Positions 26,796-36,641 of a stretch of DNA of 46,303 nucleotides are shown in pieces. How positions within the stretch are numbered: position 1 is the first letter of the stretch; every line of letters begins with the position of its first letter. This DNA is from Clostridia bacterium. GTDB taxonomy: Bacteria > Bacillota > Clostridia > UMGS1883. Made by a program: the position numbers and the translations under genes. The notes below the pieces were generated by a model. That model was given only the letters and a program-made list of their open reading frames with translations, made no database searches and was not told the origin of the DNA. The DNA is taken from contig JAZRLV010000033.1 of the NCBI GenBank assembly GCA_045646985.1, forward strand, positions 1 to 46,303, read 5' to 3'.

Positions 26796-28248
26796 CTTTA
26801 GTATGCGCAAAAAGGTTATATCTGGACTTTTTTGGAAATTTTCAGAGAGAATTCTTGCCCAGGTTGTGACTTTTGTAGTTTCAATTATACTTGCCAGGAT
26901 GCTTGAACCGTCTACATATGGGGCAATAGCCATTGTTAATGTTTTCATAGCACTTGCAAATGTATTTGTAAGCGATGGCTTTGGTAATGCACTTGTTCAA
27001 AAAAAGAATGCTGACGAAGTTGATTTTTCTTCCGTTTTTTATTTTAACATTGCTATGTCTGTGGTGGTGTACATAGTGGTCTTTTTATGCGCACCGTTTA
27101 TTGCTGCTTTTTATAAAACACCAATATTATGCCCGGTTCTCCGTGTGCTAGGGCTGAAGCTTATATTGGCAGGTATAAACAGCGTGCAGCATGCATATGT
27201 TTCCAGCCATATGATGTTTAAGAAGTTCTTCTGGTCAACTTTGGGAGGAACCTTAGGCAGTGCTGTTGTGGGTATAGCTATGGCGTATCTTGGCTATGGA
27301 ATATGGGCATTGGCAGCACAGTATATGTTCAATTCTCTTCTGGATACTGTTATTTTATGGCTGAGCGTAAAGTGGAGACCGAAGAAAGTGTTTTCTTTCA
27401 AAAGATTAAGCGGATTATTTTCATACGGTTGGAAAATTCTTTCCACCGCATTAGTTAGAACCGGATATAAAGAATTGAGGAGTATAGTAATCGGAAAGGC
27501 ATATACGGTTTCTGATTTGGCTCATTATTCCAAGGGAAGGAGTTTCCCCTCTCTGATAGTAACAAATATTTACGTTGCTGTAAAAAGTGTCGTTTTCCCT
27601 GCCATGTCAAGGGTGCAGGATCAAAAGCAAGTGCTTAAGACAATGACACGCCGTCTTGTACGGATTCATAGCTATACACTTTTGCCTCTTCTTATGGGTT
27701 TGGCCTTGGTAGCAGAACCTCTTGTTAAATTATTGCTGACGGAAAAGTGGCTTTTCTGTGTCCCTTACTTGCAAGCGTTTTGTATCCTTTCTTCATTGGA
27801 ACCTATACAGACAGCTAATTTGCAAGCAATTAAGGCTATCGGAAGAAGCGATATTTATCTTAAACTTGAAATAATAAAAAAGAGCATAGGGATTATTGTA
27901 TTAATAATCAGTATGCGATATGGAGTTTGGGCTATCGCAGTAGGAGAAATTGCAGCAGAACTCCTTGCTGCACTAATAAATATTTTCCCGAATAAGAAGC
28001 TTTTAGGATATGGCTATATACAGCAAATAAGAGATACTTTTTCGGCGATTGTACCGCTGTGTGCGATGGTAGTGGTTGTTGTTATTATCGGTCAAATCAA
28101 CATAGGCGTACTGCCCCTATTACTTATTCAGGTTGCTTTGGGAGCGGCAGTATATATAGGTGCCTCAGCCGTAACAAAAAATTCATCCTTTCTGTATGTG
28201 CTTTCACTCATAAATGATACTATCTTTCGGAAAAAGGTTAATGAATAA
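26785..28248 (+). CDS. wzx: Polysaccharide flippase (Wzx, WzxC-like)
   Basis: ILARMLEPSTYG, GFGNALVQ, GYGIWALAAQ, VVFPAMS and LLTEKW motifs; about 12 TMs. Confidence 0.9.
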   Translation: MQNSFSMRKKVISGLFWKFSERILAQVVTFVVSIILARMLEPSTYGAIAIVNVFIALANVFVSDGFGNALVQKKNADEVDFSSVFYFNIAMSVVVYIVVFLCAPFIAAFYKTPILCPVLRVLGLKLILAGINSVQHAYVSSHMMFKKFFWSTLGGTLGSAVVGIAMAYLGYGIWALAAQYMFNSLLDTVILWLSVKWRPKKVFSFKRLSGLFSYGWKILSTALVRTGYKELRSIVIGKAYTVSDLAHYSKGRSFPSLIVTNIYVAVKSVVFPAMSRVQDQKQVLKTMTRRLVRIHSYTLLPLLMGLALVAEPLVKLLLTEKWLFCVPYLQAFCILSSLEPIQTANLQAIKAIGRSDIYLKLEIIKKSIGIIVLIISMRYGVWAIAVGEIAAELLAALINIFPNKKLLGYGYIQQIRDTFSAIVPLCAMVVVVVIIGQINIGVLPLLLIQVALGAAVYIGASAVTKNSSFLYVLSLINDTIFRKKVNE

Positions 28249-28279
28249 TATTATATAGTGTTCTAAAAGTGGTGAGATT

Positions 28280-28807
28280 ATGAAAAAAATCATACTTATA
28301 GGCGGGGGAACTTTTTCTCCCGTTGTGATTGATGCTATTTTGGAAAATGAGAAATATGCAGAGTACAAAATAGAGGGTATTTTGGACGATAAAGGAATTT
28401 GCAGTATAAATTACAACTATCCGCATCTTGGAAAGATAGAAGATGCAGAAAAATTTGCCGCAGATGACACATTCTTTGTGATTTCAATCGGAAGTCCGAA
28501 GGTGCGCAGAATGATAGCTGAAAAATATCCTGATCTTAACTACCTGACAGTAATTGATAAATCAGCCAATATCACCGAAAATGTAAAGCTAGGTGAGGGC
28601 AGTATTGTTCTTAAAGGTGCAATTATAAACGCCTTTGCATCTCTGGGAAGCCATGTTATTGTAAATTCGGGAGCAATAGTAGACCACCATTGTCAAATAG
28701 GGAATTACAGCCATATAGGTCATGGTGTAATCACATGGGAATGTGCAAAAATAGATGAAGCACAGCACTTTTTCCCCGGAACAGTTATTAAAGGTGAAAA
28801 AATCTAA
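28280..28807 (+). CDS. PglD/NeuD-like sugar acetyltransferase (hexapeptide repeat)
   Basis: IILIGGG, GILDD, ISIGSPKVR, then hexapeptide repeats with VDHHC. Confidence 0.85.
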   Translation: MKKIILIGGGTFSPVVIDAILENEKYAEYKIEGILDDKGICSINYNYPHLGKIEDAEKFAADDTFFVISIGSPKVRRMIAEKYPDLNYLTVIDKSANITENVKLGEGSIVLKGAIINAFASLGSHVIVNSGAIVDHHCQIGNYSHIGHGVITWECAKIDEAQHFFPGTVIKGEKI

Positions 28808-28818
28808 GGAGTGGCAGT

Positions 28819-30027
28819 ATGACAACTGCATTTAATGAGCTTTTATATATTTACGGCGATGCAATATGCGGCAGAAAATCTGTAATTAATGATGATGTAA
28901 GCCGTGATGAGATTGCGAAAAAAGCAATAGAGCAGAATGTTTTGCCTATAGTTTATTTTAATTTGTTCGGAGAGGATACAAAGAACAGATATTATCCGAT
29001 TGTAATGCAGGCATTGGCGGCAAATGAGAGAAAAATGTTTTTCCTTAATAAGCTTCTTAAGGAGATGGAAGAAAGCGACCTTTTCTGCTGTGTGCTAAAA
29101 GGTTGTACACTTGCACCTCTTTATGCATCACCTGATTTAAGAGTTTCAGGTGATGTTGATTTGCTGATAAATCCGAAAGATGAGAAAAAAGTAATAGAAT
29201 TTTTAGAAAAGCGTAATTTTATAATTCATGAACGTTATAAGGGTGGACACCACTTTGAGGCAAGACATGATAAGGCAGGGCTGTTTGAGGTACATGTCAG
29301 TGTATATGAAAAAGATTTCAGTAAATCTGTTTTAAAAGACAAATTCAAGGCAGAAGAACCGTTTGAAAGTATGGTAACAAGCTCCGGCATAGCTGTGAAT
29401 ACCCTTGGAAAAAATGATGGGCTATATTTTGTTACGGCGCATATGATAAAGCATTTTGTAAAAGACGGATTGGGACTTAGACAGATTTCTGACTGGCTTC
29501 TATACATAAAAAATTATCGTGATGTACTTAACATGGAAGAATATGAAAAAGTGATAAAAGAGCTTGGCTTTAATAAGTTTATAAATGCAATGTACACTGT
29601 GGGAAAGAAATATTTTGGAATTGAGCTTGGCGAAAACTTTGAAGAAAACCCTTTGGACATTCTTTCTGATATGGAAGAGGGCGGCTCTTTCGGACATAAT
29701 GATTCAGAGCGAAGCAACTATAAACAGCAGCTTGTAAATGAAGTATATGGAAGAAAAGAGCTTGAAAAGAAAAAAAATATTTTTATCAGATTTTTGCGCA
29801 TCCTTTTTCCTACCAGGCGTGTGCTTATAAAAAAGGGATATATAAGTTCAGAACAAAATGTTTTGTTAATACCTTTGTGTTGGGTGAAAATGTGGATTGA
29901 TTTTGTTAAAAAAGGTAAGGTTAAAAACATTGACAAGATTACCGCAACAAACGAAATTGATACACAAAAGTTTGACAAGAGATATACGATGCTTAGAAAA
30001 TATCTCTTTATAAAGAGAGATAAATAA
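28819..30027 (+). CDS. Uncharacterised nucleotidyltransferase (NTP_transf_5-like)
   Basis: VLKG..LAPLY..PDLRVSGDVDLL, FEVH and HMIKHF..GLGLRQISDW motifs. Confidence 0.8.
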   Translation: MTTAFNELLYIYGDAICGRKSVINDDVSRDEIAKKAIEQNVLPIVYFNLFGEDTKNRYYPIVMQALAANERKMFFLNKLLKEMEESDLFCCVLKGCTLAPLYASPDLRVSGDVDLLINPKDEKKVIEFLEKRNFIIHERYKGGHHFEARHDKAGLFEVHVSVYEKDFSKSVLKDKFKAEEPFESMVTSSGIAVNTLGKNDGLYFVTAHMIKHFVKDGLGLRQISDWLLYIKNYRDVLNMEEYEKVIKELGFNKFINAMYTVGKKYFGIELGENFEENPLDILSDMEEGGSFGHNDSERSNYKQQLVNEVYGRKELEKKKNIFIRFLRILFPTRRVLIKKGYISSEQNVLLIPLCWVKMWIDFVKKGKVKNIDKITATNEIDTQKFDKRYTMLRKYLFIKRDK

Positions 30028-30047
30028 AAGAAAAGGAAAATGAAATT

Positions 30048-31181
30048 ATGTATACTGATAAGACTTTTTGTCCATACCGTGTGTGCCCGATTGGTGCACA
30101 TATTGACCATCAGTATGGAGTGGTAAGTGGATTTGCCATTGACAAAGGGATTGAAATTGAATATGAAAAAACCGCAAATGGCAGTGTGAGCCTTACAAGC
30201 AGTGACTTTGAAAAAAAGGTGGAATTTTTCACAAATAAGCCGCTTATTAAAGAAAATGACTGGGCAGATTATTTGAGAGGGGCAACAGCTTCCCTTAAAA
30301 GAAACCACGATTTGTCCTATGGCATAAAGGCGCATATAAAGGGAAGCCTTCCGATAGGGGGACTATCTTCCTCGGCGGCTGTTATAATAGCATTCCTTAG
30401 TGCACTTTGCCGTGTTAATAACATAATACTTTCAAAAAATGAAATGGTTATGACAGCGCTATGGGCAGAAAATGAATTCGTAGGCGTAAGTGTGGGAAAG
30501 CTTGACCAGTCCTGCGAGGTTTATTCCAAGAAAAATCATCTTTTGTATATTGATATGAAAGATGATACATACGAGCTTATTCCCGCAAACGATAAGATGA
30601 AGCCGTTTGAAATAGCAATATTTTTCAGCGGTCTTGAAAGAAGTCTTGTCGGAAGTCAATTTAATATGCGTGTGGACGAGCTTAAAAGCAGTGCATATGC
30701 ACTCAAAGCTTTTTCAGGTATGGAATATGGAAAGTTTTCAGATACTCGTCTTAGAGATGTGCCAAGAGAGGTTTTTGAAAATCATAAGCACAAGCTTCCT
30801 GAAAATTGGAAGAAAAGAGCGGAGCATTATTACAGTGAATTTGAGCGAGTTCAAAAAGGTACAGAGGCTTGGAGAAACGGTGATATAGAAGAATTTGGCA
30901 AGCTTTCCTTTGAAAGCGGACAAAGCAGTATCGTAAATTATGAAACAGGCTCCGAGCAGCTTAAGAAAATTCACGAAATAATGCTTGAAACCGATGGAAT
31001 ATATGGCGGCAGATTTAGCGGAGCAGGATTTAAGGGTTGTGCAATGGCACTAGTAAATCCTGAGTATAAAGAGAAGATAGAATTTGAGGTAACAAAAAAA
31101 TATCTCAAAGAATTTCCTGAACTTGAAGGAAAATTCGGCGTTTATTTTGCAAATACAGCAGACGGAGTGAAACTAAATTAA
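30048..31181 (+). CDS. GHMP sugar kinase, galacturonokinase-like
   Basis: [37 protein letters not shown] and [12 protein letters not shown] motifs. Confidence 0.85.
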   Translation: MYTDKTFCPYRVCPIGAHIDHQYGVVSGFAIDKGIEIEYEKTANGSVSLTSSDFEKKVEFFTNKPLIKENDWADYLRGATASLKRNHDLSYGIKAHIKGSLPIGGLSSSAAVIIAFLSALCRVNNIILSKNEMVMTALWAENEFVGVSVGKLDQSCEVYSKKNHLLYIDMKDDTYELIPANDKMKPFEIAIFFSGLERSLVGSQFNMRVDELKSSAYALKAFSGMEYGKFSDTRLRDVPREVFENHKHKLPENWKKRAEHYYSEFERVQKGTEAWRNGDIEEFGKLSFESGQSSIVNYETGSEQLKKIHEIMLETDGIYGGRFSGAGFKGCAMALVNPEYKEKIEFEVTKKYLKEFPELEGKFGVYFANTADGVKLN

Positions 31182-31197
31182 GAAAGGGTTTGAGATA

Positions 31198-32382
31198 ATG
31201 AAAATTGCAGTAGCAGGAACAGGATACGTAGGACTTTCAAATGCAATTTTGCTTGCACAGAAAAATCAGGTGTTTGCTGTTGATATTATTCCTGAAAAGG
31301 TGGAAATGATAAACAGTGGCAAATCACCTATTGTAGATAAAGAAATAGAGGAATATCTCAGAGAAAAAGAGCTTAATCTTACTGCGACAACAGACTGTCA
31401 AGAGGCATACAAGGATGCAGACTTTGTGATTATTTCCACACCTACCAATTATGACCCGAAGTTGAATTATTTTGATACTTCCAGTGTTGAAAATGTAATA
31501 GAGCTTGTAATGAGCATTAATCCTGATGCAGTTATGGTTATAAAATCCACTGTTCCTGTGGGATACACAGAAAGTGTGAGAGAAAAATATAATTGCAAAA
31601 ACATTATTTTCTCTCCCGAATTTCTGCGTGAGGGAAAAGCACTTTACGACAATTTATATCCATCAAGAATCATCGTGGGTGCACCGCTTGATGATGAGAA
31701 AATCTGCGAAAAGGCACGCACCTTTGCATCGCTTTTAGCAGAGGGTGCAATAAAGGAAGATATCCCCGTTCTCTTTACAAATCCTACAGAGGCGGAGGCA
31801 GTTAAGCTTTTTGCAAATACTTACCTTGCGCTGAGGGTATCGTTTTTTAATGAGCTTGATACATATGCAGAAGTCAGGGGCCTTGACACAAAGCAAATTA
31901 TTGAGGGTGTAGGACTTGACCCGAGAATCGGAAGCCATTATAATAACCCGTCATTCGGTTACGGAGGTTACTGCCTGCCCAAAGACACAAAACAGCTTCT
32001 TGCAAATTTCAATGATGTTCCAAATAATATTGTTCGTGCAATAGTTGATGCGAACAGTACCCGTAAGGACTTTATTGCAGACAGAATTATAGAGAAAAAT
32101 CCAAAGGTTGTCGGAATATACCGTCTGACAATGAAATCAAATTCTGATAATTTCCGTCAAAGCTCTATTCAGGGAGTTATGAAGCGTATAAAGGCAAAGG
32201 GAATACCTGTTGTTGTTTATGAGCCAACACTCAAGGAGGAAAGCTTCTTTAATTCTGAAGTAATAAGAGACCTTGATGAATTTAAGAAAATATCTGATGT
32301 CATTATTGCAAACAGATACAGCGATGATATAGCAGATGTAATTGATAAAGTCTATACACGTGACCTTTATTTTCGTGATTGA
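31198..32382 (+). CDS. ugd: UDP-glucose 6-dehydrogenase
   Basis: [47 protein letters not shown] and DNFR motifs. Confidence 0.96.
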   Translation: MKIAVAGTGYVGLSNAILLAQKNQVFAVDIIPEKVEMINSGKSPIVDKEIEEYLREKELNLTATTDCQEAYKDADFVIISTPTNYDPKLNYFDTSSVENVIELVMSINPDAVMVIKSTVPVGYTESVREKYNCKNIIFSPEFLREGKALYDNLYPSRIIVGAPLDDEKICEKARTFASLLAEGAIKEDIPVLFTNPTEAEAVKLFANTYLALRVSFFNELDTYAEVRGLDTKQIIEGVGLDPRIGSHYNNPSFGYGGYCLPKDTKQLLANFNDVPNNIVRAIVDANSTRKDFIADRIIEKNPKVVGIYRLTMKSNSDNFRQSSIQGVMKRIKAKGIPVVVYEPTLKEESFFNSEVIRDLDEFKKISDVIIANRYSDDIADVIDKVYTRDLYFRD

Positions 32383-32396
32383 TAGGAGAAAATATT

Positions 32397-33404
32397 ATGT
32401 CCAATTTTAAAAAATATGATGGCAGCAGGAAAATACTTGTTACAGGCGCAGCGGGATTTATAGGCTTTCACCTTTCAAAAAGAATTCTTGAGGAAGGCGG
32501 CGAGGTAATCGGATTTGATAATCTTAATGATTACTACGAGGTTTCTCTTAAAGAAAGCCGTCTTGAAATTCTCGGAAAATACAAAAAGTTTACTTTTGTA
32601 AAAGGAAATCTTGCTGATAAAGAAGCTATAAAGAATATCTTTGAAACCTATGAGCCCGATATTATTGTAAACCTTGCGGCGCAGGCAGGGGTAAGGTATT
32701 CAATCGACAATCCCGATGCATATATAGAAAGTAATATTATAGGATTCTATAATATTTTAGAGGCATGCCGCAAGTATAAAACGGAGCACCTTATATATGC
32801 GTCAAGCTCCTCTGTATACGGAAATCAAAAAAAGACTCCGTTTTCAACGGACGATAATGTTGACCATCCGATAAGTCTTTATGCTGCTACAAAAAAATCT
32901 AATGAGCTTATGGCGTTTACCTACAGCCATTTATATAATATACCCTGTACGGGACTTAGATTTTTTACAGTATACGGACCATACGGCAGACCTGATATGG
33001 CATATTTCTCCTTTACAAAGAAAATTATGAACGGGGAAAAAATCAAGATATTTAACAACGGAGATATGTATCGTGATTTTACCTATGTAGACGACATCGT
33101 TCAGGGTATTATGAATATGCTGCTCAACGCTCCAAAGCCTGACGAAAACGGAGATTGTGCAAAAGTATACAATATTGGAAATAATAATCCTGAAAAGCTG
33201 ATGTATTTTATAGAAACACTTGAAAAAGCAATAGGAAAAACTGCACAGAAAGAATTTTTACCCATGCAGCCGGGTGACGTATACCAAACCTATGCAGATG
33301 TGTCGGAGCTTCAGAAAGATTTTAATTTCAAACCCTCGACATCTATAGAGGAGGGCCTTGGTAAATTTGCAAAATGGTATTTTGAATATTACGGAGAAAA
33401 TTAA
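32397..33404 (+). CDS. UDP-glucuronate 4-epimerase (NAD-dependent, CapI/WcaG-like)
   Basis: TGAAGFIG, LAAQAGVRYS, ASSSSVYG, YAATKK, FFTVYGPYGRPDMA and MQPGDV motifs; ATG 32397 with AGGAG RBS. Confidence 0.92.
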   Translation: MSNFKKYDGSRKILVTGAAGFIGFHLSKRILEEGGEVIGFDNLNDYYEVSLKESRLEILGKYKKFTFVKGNLADKEAIKNIFETYEPDIIVNLAAQAGVRYSIDNPDAYIESNIIGFYNILEACRKYKTEHLIYASSSSVYGNQKKTPFSTDDNVDHPISLYAATKKSNELMAFTYSHLYNIPCTGLRFFTVYGPYGRPDMAYFSFTKKIMNGEKIKIFNNGDMYRDFTYVDDIVQGIMNMLLNAPKPDENGDCAKVYNIGNNNPEKLMYFIETLEKAIGKTAQKEFLPMQPGDVYQTYADVSELQKDFNFKPSTSIEEGLGKFAKWYFEYYGEN

Positions 33405-35305
33405 TGAGTTTATTGATGCTTAACAATATTTCGAAAAGCTTTGGAGAACGTGTGCTTTTTGAAAATGTATCATTTAATATTGAGAATAATACAAAGATGG
33501 GATTTATAGGGTCAAACGGCGTGGGTAAAACCACGCTTTTCCGTACGATATTGGGTGAAGAGGACTTTGAGGGAGATATAGCTAAGTCCTCTGAGCTTAA
33601 TATAGGAATAATGGAGCAGACTCCGCCATCATCCGAAAGCCTCACAGCATATGATTATGCGCTGGAGGTTTTTTCCCGTTTTTTTGAAATAGAAGCGGAG
33701 ATGGAAAATATCCGTATAACCCTTGAAAAAGGAGAGGGAGATACAGAGCGGCTTATAAACCGTCAGGAGGCACTTAACACCGAATATATCAGAAATGACG
33801 GACTTACATTCCGTAGCCGCACACGCTCAATGCTGCTTGGACTGGGCTTTTTGGAAAGTGAGCTAAGCCTTCCTATGAATTCACTTTCAGGCGGTCAGAA
33901 AACTAGGCTTTCACTTGCAAGAACCCTGCTTTCCGAGGCGAATTTTTTACTTCTTGACGAGCCGACAAATCACCTTGATATTGAGTCGGTACGTTTCTTA
34001 GAAGATTTTTTGAAGAATACAAATAAGGCATTTATAGTAATCAGCCATGACAGATATTTTCTTGACAAGGTGACAAATACAACCATCGAGCTTGAAAATA
34101 GAAAGATTTCCTGTTACACAGGCTCATATTCAACGTTTCTTGAAAAGAAAGAGCAGGTAAAAAAAGCGGCAGAGAGAAAATATGAAAACACAATGGCGGA
34201 AATAAAACGTATTGAGGGAATTATTGAACAGCAGAAGCGCTGGAACAGGGAACGTAATATCCGTACTGCCGAGCATAAGCAAAAGAGCATCGACCGCTTG
34301 TCGGAAACGCTGGAAAAACCCGAAGAGGACACGTCAAAAATACGATTTAGGTTTAGTGCAAACAGAAAAAGCGGAAATGATGTTATGAAGGTAACAGATT
34401 TAACCAAGCGCTACGGGGAAAAAGCACTTTTTGAAAACGTGAATTTTGAGGTAAAACGTGGGGAAAGAGTTTTCCTGCTTGGTCCTAACGGATGCGGAAA
34501 ATCCACTCTTTACAAAATGATAAAGGGAACTGTCAATGCACCAGAGGGTGCAGTCTGGTTTGGTACAAATGTTGATTGTGCCTATTACGACCAGGACAGA
34601 AGCGACATACAGGGTGGTAAGGATGTTGAAAGTGAGCTGTGGGATGTGTATCCGCAGATGGACAGAACGCAAATCAGGAATGCGCTTGCGGCATTTCTCT
34701 TTAAGGGTGACGATGTGTTTAAACAGACAGATACCCTTTCAGGTGGAGAAAAAGCGAGGCTGTCGCTTCTTGAAATAATGCTGACGGGGGCAAACTTCCT
34801 GCTTCTTGACGAGCCGACAAACCACCTTGACATACGTTCAAAGGAAGCATTGGAATCGGCGATTGAGAACTTTGAAGGAACAGTGTTTATTATAAGCCAT
34901 GACCGTTATCTGATAAATAAAATGGCAGATAAAATACTTGCTTTTGAAAATGGCAGCGTCAGCTGCTATAATATGAATTATGACGATTATATAAATAAGG
35001 TGGCAAGTGTTTCTTCCCAGATTGTGCAGACAGGAGAAAAAGCGAAGAAAGAGCCTAATGATTATCAAAAGCAAAAGCAAAAGCAAAGCGAAAGACGAAA
35101 GCTTGAGGGAAAAATCAAGCGATGCGAGGAAGCAATAGAACTGTGCGAGGCAGAAATTGAAAAAATCAATGATGAAATTAACTGTGCAGGCAGTGATTTT
35201 GAAAAAATAACCAATCTTAGCAAACAACTGGAAGAAAAAGAAGCACAGCAGGAAGAGCTTATGAACGAATGGGAAAACCTGAGTATGGAGCTTGAAGAAT
35301 TATGA
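33404..35305 (+). CDS. ABC-F family ATPase (ribosome-associated; YdiF/Uup-like)
   Basis: Two ABC domains (GSNGVGKT, LSGGQ, LDEPTNHLD; GPNGCGKS, LSGGE), no TMs, C-terminal coiled coil. Confidence 0.93.
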   Translation: MSLLMLNNISKSFGERVLFENVSFNIENNTKMGFIGSNGVGKTTLFRTILGEEDFEGDIAKSSELNIGIMEQTPPSSESLTAYDYALEVFSRFFEIEAEMENIRITLEKGEGDTERLINRQEALNTEYIRNDGLTFRSRTRSMLLGLGFLESELSLPMNSLSGGQKTRLSLARTLLSEANFLLLDEPTNHLDIESVRFLEDFLKNTNKAFIVISHDRYFLDKVTNTTIELENRKISCYTGSYSTFLEKKEQVKKAAERKYENTMAEIKRIEGIIEQQKRWNRERNIRTAEHKQKSIDRLSETLEKPEEDTSKIRFRFSANRKSGNDVMKVTDLTKRYGEKALFENVNFEVKRGERVFLLGPNGCGKSTLYKMIKGTVNAPEGAVWFGTNVDCAYYDQDRSDIQGGKDVESELWDVYPQMDRTQIRNALAAFLFKGDDVFKQTDTLSGGEKARLSLLEIMLTGANFLLLDEPTNHLDIRSKEALESAIENFEGTVFIISHDRYLINKMADKILAFENGSVSCYNMNYDDYINKVASVSSQIVQTGEKAKKEPNDYQKQKQKQSERRKLEGKIKRCEEAIELCEAEIEKINDEINCAGSDFEKITNLSKQLEEKEAQQEELMNEWENLSMELEEL

Positions 35306-35739
35306 AAATTTTTATAGATGCAGACGGTTGCCCTGTAGTAAACGAAACAGTAATGTTATGTAGTGAATTTAAAAAGGAATGCATAATATTATGTGATACA
35401 GCGCACTGCATAAAGCGTGACGGTGCGCAGACAATAGTAGTGGAAAAGGGTGCTGACAGTGTTGATTTTAAGCTGGTTAATATGCTTGAAAACGGCGATG
35501 TTGCTATTACTCAGGATTATGCGCTTGCTGCTATGTGCCTTGCAAGGGGCGCACGGATAATAAATCAGAATGGTATGGAGTATACAGATAAAAATATAGA
35601 CTCTCTTTTAATGAGCCGTTTTGTTGCAAAAAAAGTAAGAAATGCCGGCGGACGGCTTAAAGGACCTTCAAAGAGAACAAAAGAACAGACAGAAAGCTTT
35701 GTTAAAAAGCTTAGAGAAATATTGGAGGAAACACAATGA
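35302..35739 (+). CDS. YaiI/YqxD (DUF188) family protein
   Basis: IDADGCPV, GADSVD, ITQDYALA and GGRLKGP motifs. Confidence 0.92.
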   Translation: MKIFIDADGCPVVNETVMLCSEFKKECIILCDTAHCIKRDGAQTIVVEKGADSVDFKLVNMLENGDVAITQDYALAAMCLARGARIINQNGMEYTDKNIDSLLMSRFVAKKVRNAGGRLKGPSKRTKEQTESFVKKLREILEETQ

Positions 35740-36311
35740 AAATAATTGCCGCAACAAAAAATAAAAACAAATTACGTGAGTTTGGTGAAATTTTAAAAGG
35801 ATTTGAAATTATAAGCCAGGAGGACGCAGGAATAGACATAGATGTTGAGGAAACGGGCACCACGTTTGAAGAAAATTCTATGCTTAAAGCAAAAGCAATT
35901 TACGAGGCGACGGGAATTGCTGCAATAGCTGACGACAGCGGCCTTTGTGTGGACGCACTGGGCGGTGCACCAGGGATATACAGCGCACGTTACGGCGGAG
36001 AAGGTCTTGATGACGAGGGGAGAGTAGAGCTTCTCTTAAAAAATATGAAAGACGTTCCTAAAGAAAAACGCAGTGCAAGATTTGTCTGCGCAATAACACT
36101 TGTAGGAAAAGACGGCGTTATTACTGCAAGAGGCGAATGTGAAGGCAAAATCGACTACGAACCTAAGGGAGAAAACGGCTTTGGCTATGACCCGGTGTTT
36201 TATATGGAAGAATACGGAAAAACAACTGCACAAATGACACCTGACGAGAAAAACGCTGTAAGCCATCGAGGTAAGGCACTGCGTATTTTTGCAGAAAAAA
36301 TGGGGCTGTGA
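35736..36311 (+). CDS. rdgB: dITP/XTP pyrophosphatase (RdgB/HAM1)
   Basis: ATKNKNKLRE, ADDSGLCVDALGGAPGIYSARY, GFGYDPVF and SHR motifs. Confidence 0.96.
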   Translation: MKIIAATKNKNKLREFGEILKGFEIISQEDAGIDIDVEETGTTFEENSMLKAKAIYEATGIAAIADDSGLCVDALGGAPGIYSARYGGEGLDDEGRVELLLKNMKDVPKEKRSARFVCAITLVGKDGVITARGECEGKIDYEPKGENGFGYDPVFYMEEYGKTTAQMTPDEKNAVSHRGKALRIFAEKMGL

Positions 36312-36325
36312 CAAATCACAGCCCC
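36302..36325. terminator. Hairpin overlapping the rdgB stop, between convergent genes
   Basis: GGGGCTGTGA-CAAA-TCACAGCCCC, perfect 10-bp stem. Confidence 0.6.
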
Positions 36326-36352
36326 TCGATTAAGATTTTTTACGAAACGTAA

Positions 36353-36484
36353 TCAGCAAGTTCCGCAGCCGTTGCAGCCGCAATCGTTGCCGTTATTTCC
36401 GCATGCACAGTTAAGAAGAATAACGATGATGATTATCCAGATTATCCATTCGCAACCGCAGTTATTATTATTACCAAAGAACAT
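36353..36484 (-). CDS. Small Cys/Gly/Asn-rich membrane peptide (43 aa), probable spore-surface protein
   Basis: Below the ORF track cutoff: MFFGNNNNCGCEWIIWIIIIVILLNCACGNNGNDCGCNGCGTC. Strong GAAAGGAG RBS. Confidence 0.8.
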   Translation of the reverse strand: MFFGNNNNCGCEWIIWIIIIVILLNCACGNNGNDCGCNGCGTC

Positions 36485-36528
36485 AGTAAAAGCTCCTTTC
36501 TATATTAAGTAGGTCACCCTACATTAGC

Positions 36529-36555
36529 ATACTATGAATTCAGCCCCAAAAATGT
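36529..36555 (-). promoter_or_regulatory. Sigma-K-like sporulation promoter
   Basis: Minus strand ACA-N16-CATAGTAT upstream of the Cys-rich peptide. Confidence 0.5.
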
Positions 36556-36641
36556 TTCTGCTTTTTATGATTATTTAAAAATTTACGGGAAATAATAGCA
36601 AAGCAGAACACTGCATTATAATGTAGAAAGGAACTTGTAAA

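Noticed and set aside
33404-35305. Antibiotic-resistance ABC-F or polysaccharide ABC exporter
   Set aside because: No permease partner; the architecture with a C-terminal coiled coil and the housekeeping neighbours fit an ordinary translation-factor ABC-F.
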